From assembly GCA_965221775.1 (NCBI GenBank), contig CBDCSU010000004.1:704001-768000 (forward strand): a stretch of DNA of 64,000 bases, written 5' to 3'. Origin of the DNA: Candidatus Latescibacterota bacterium (GTDB lineage: Bacteria; Latescibacterota; UBA2968; UBA8231). Below, in pieces: positions 64,000-64,000 of this stretch. The translations under genes and the position numbers were made by a program. Positions within the stretch are counted from its first letter, which is position 1; every line of letters starts with the position of its first letter. The notes under the pieces were generated by a model that saw only the letters and a list, made by a program, of their open reading frames with translations, had not been told where the DNA came from and did no database searches.

Positions 64000-64000
64000 G

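Noticed and set aside
1-64000. tRNA, rRNA, riboswitch, IS or integrase, and intrinsic terminators
   Set aside because: None recognised by eye; GC hairpins lacked convincing U-tracts. An Infernal/Rfam and ISEScan run would be needed to exclude them.

Overview
High-GC bacterial DNA. The FlgD/T9SS-like C-terminal sorting domains, a PorV/PorQ-like barrel and many PhyH, Gfo/Idh and hydantoinase genes suggest an FCB-group organism such as Ca. Latescibacterota (inference only). I saw no rRNA, tRNA, CRISPR array, integrase or transposase. The standout is a ~19.5 kb minus-strand block (1422-20877) of two operons. Each is preceded by a near-consensus sigma54 -24/-12 promoter and by the same GTCCG-N6-CGGAC palindromic enhancer. 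Operon 1 encodes a transmembrane receptor (exported pseudo-caspase + PEGA + TM + cytoplasmic STAND-like ATPase), a sigma54 activator whose input domain is a second STAND-like ATPase, a second exported pseudo-caspase/PEGA protein, a PorV-like barrel and a 14-blade BNR propeller surface protein. Operon 2 encodes DUF4956, HlyD, TolC, a VTC (polyphosphate polymerase) domain protein and a secreted CotH kinase. The rest is mostly catabolic genes. It also holds an archaeal-type pantoate kinase/phosphopantothenate synthetase pair in an operon with ComA and a HAD phosphatase, an orphan divergent SecY-DUF2007 fusion, a pseudo-M28/FtsX plus OPT-like transporter pair, two toxin-antitoxin modules, and four local duplications of gene ends.
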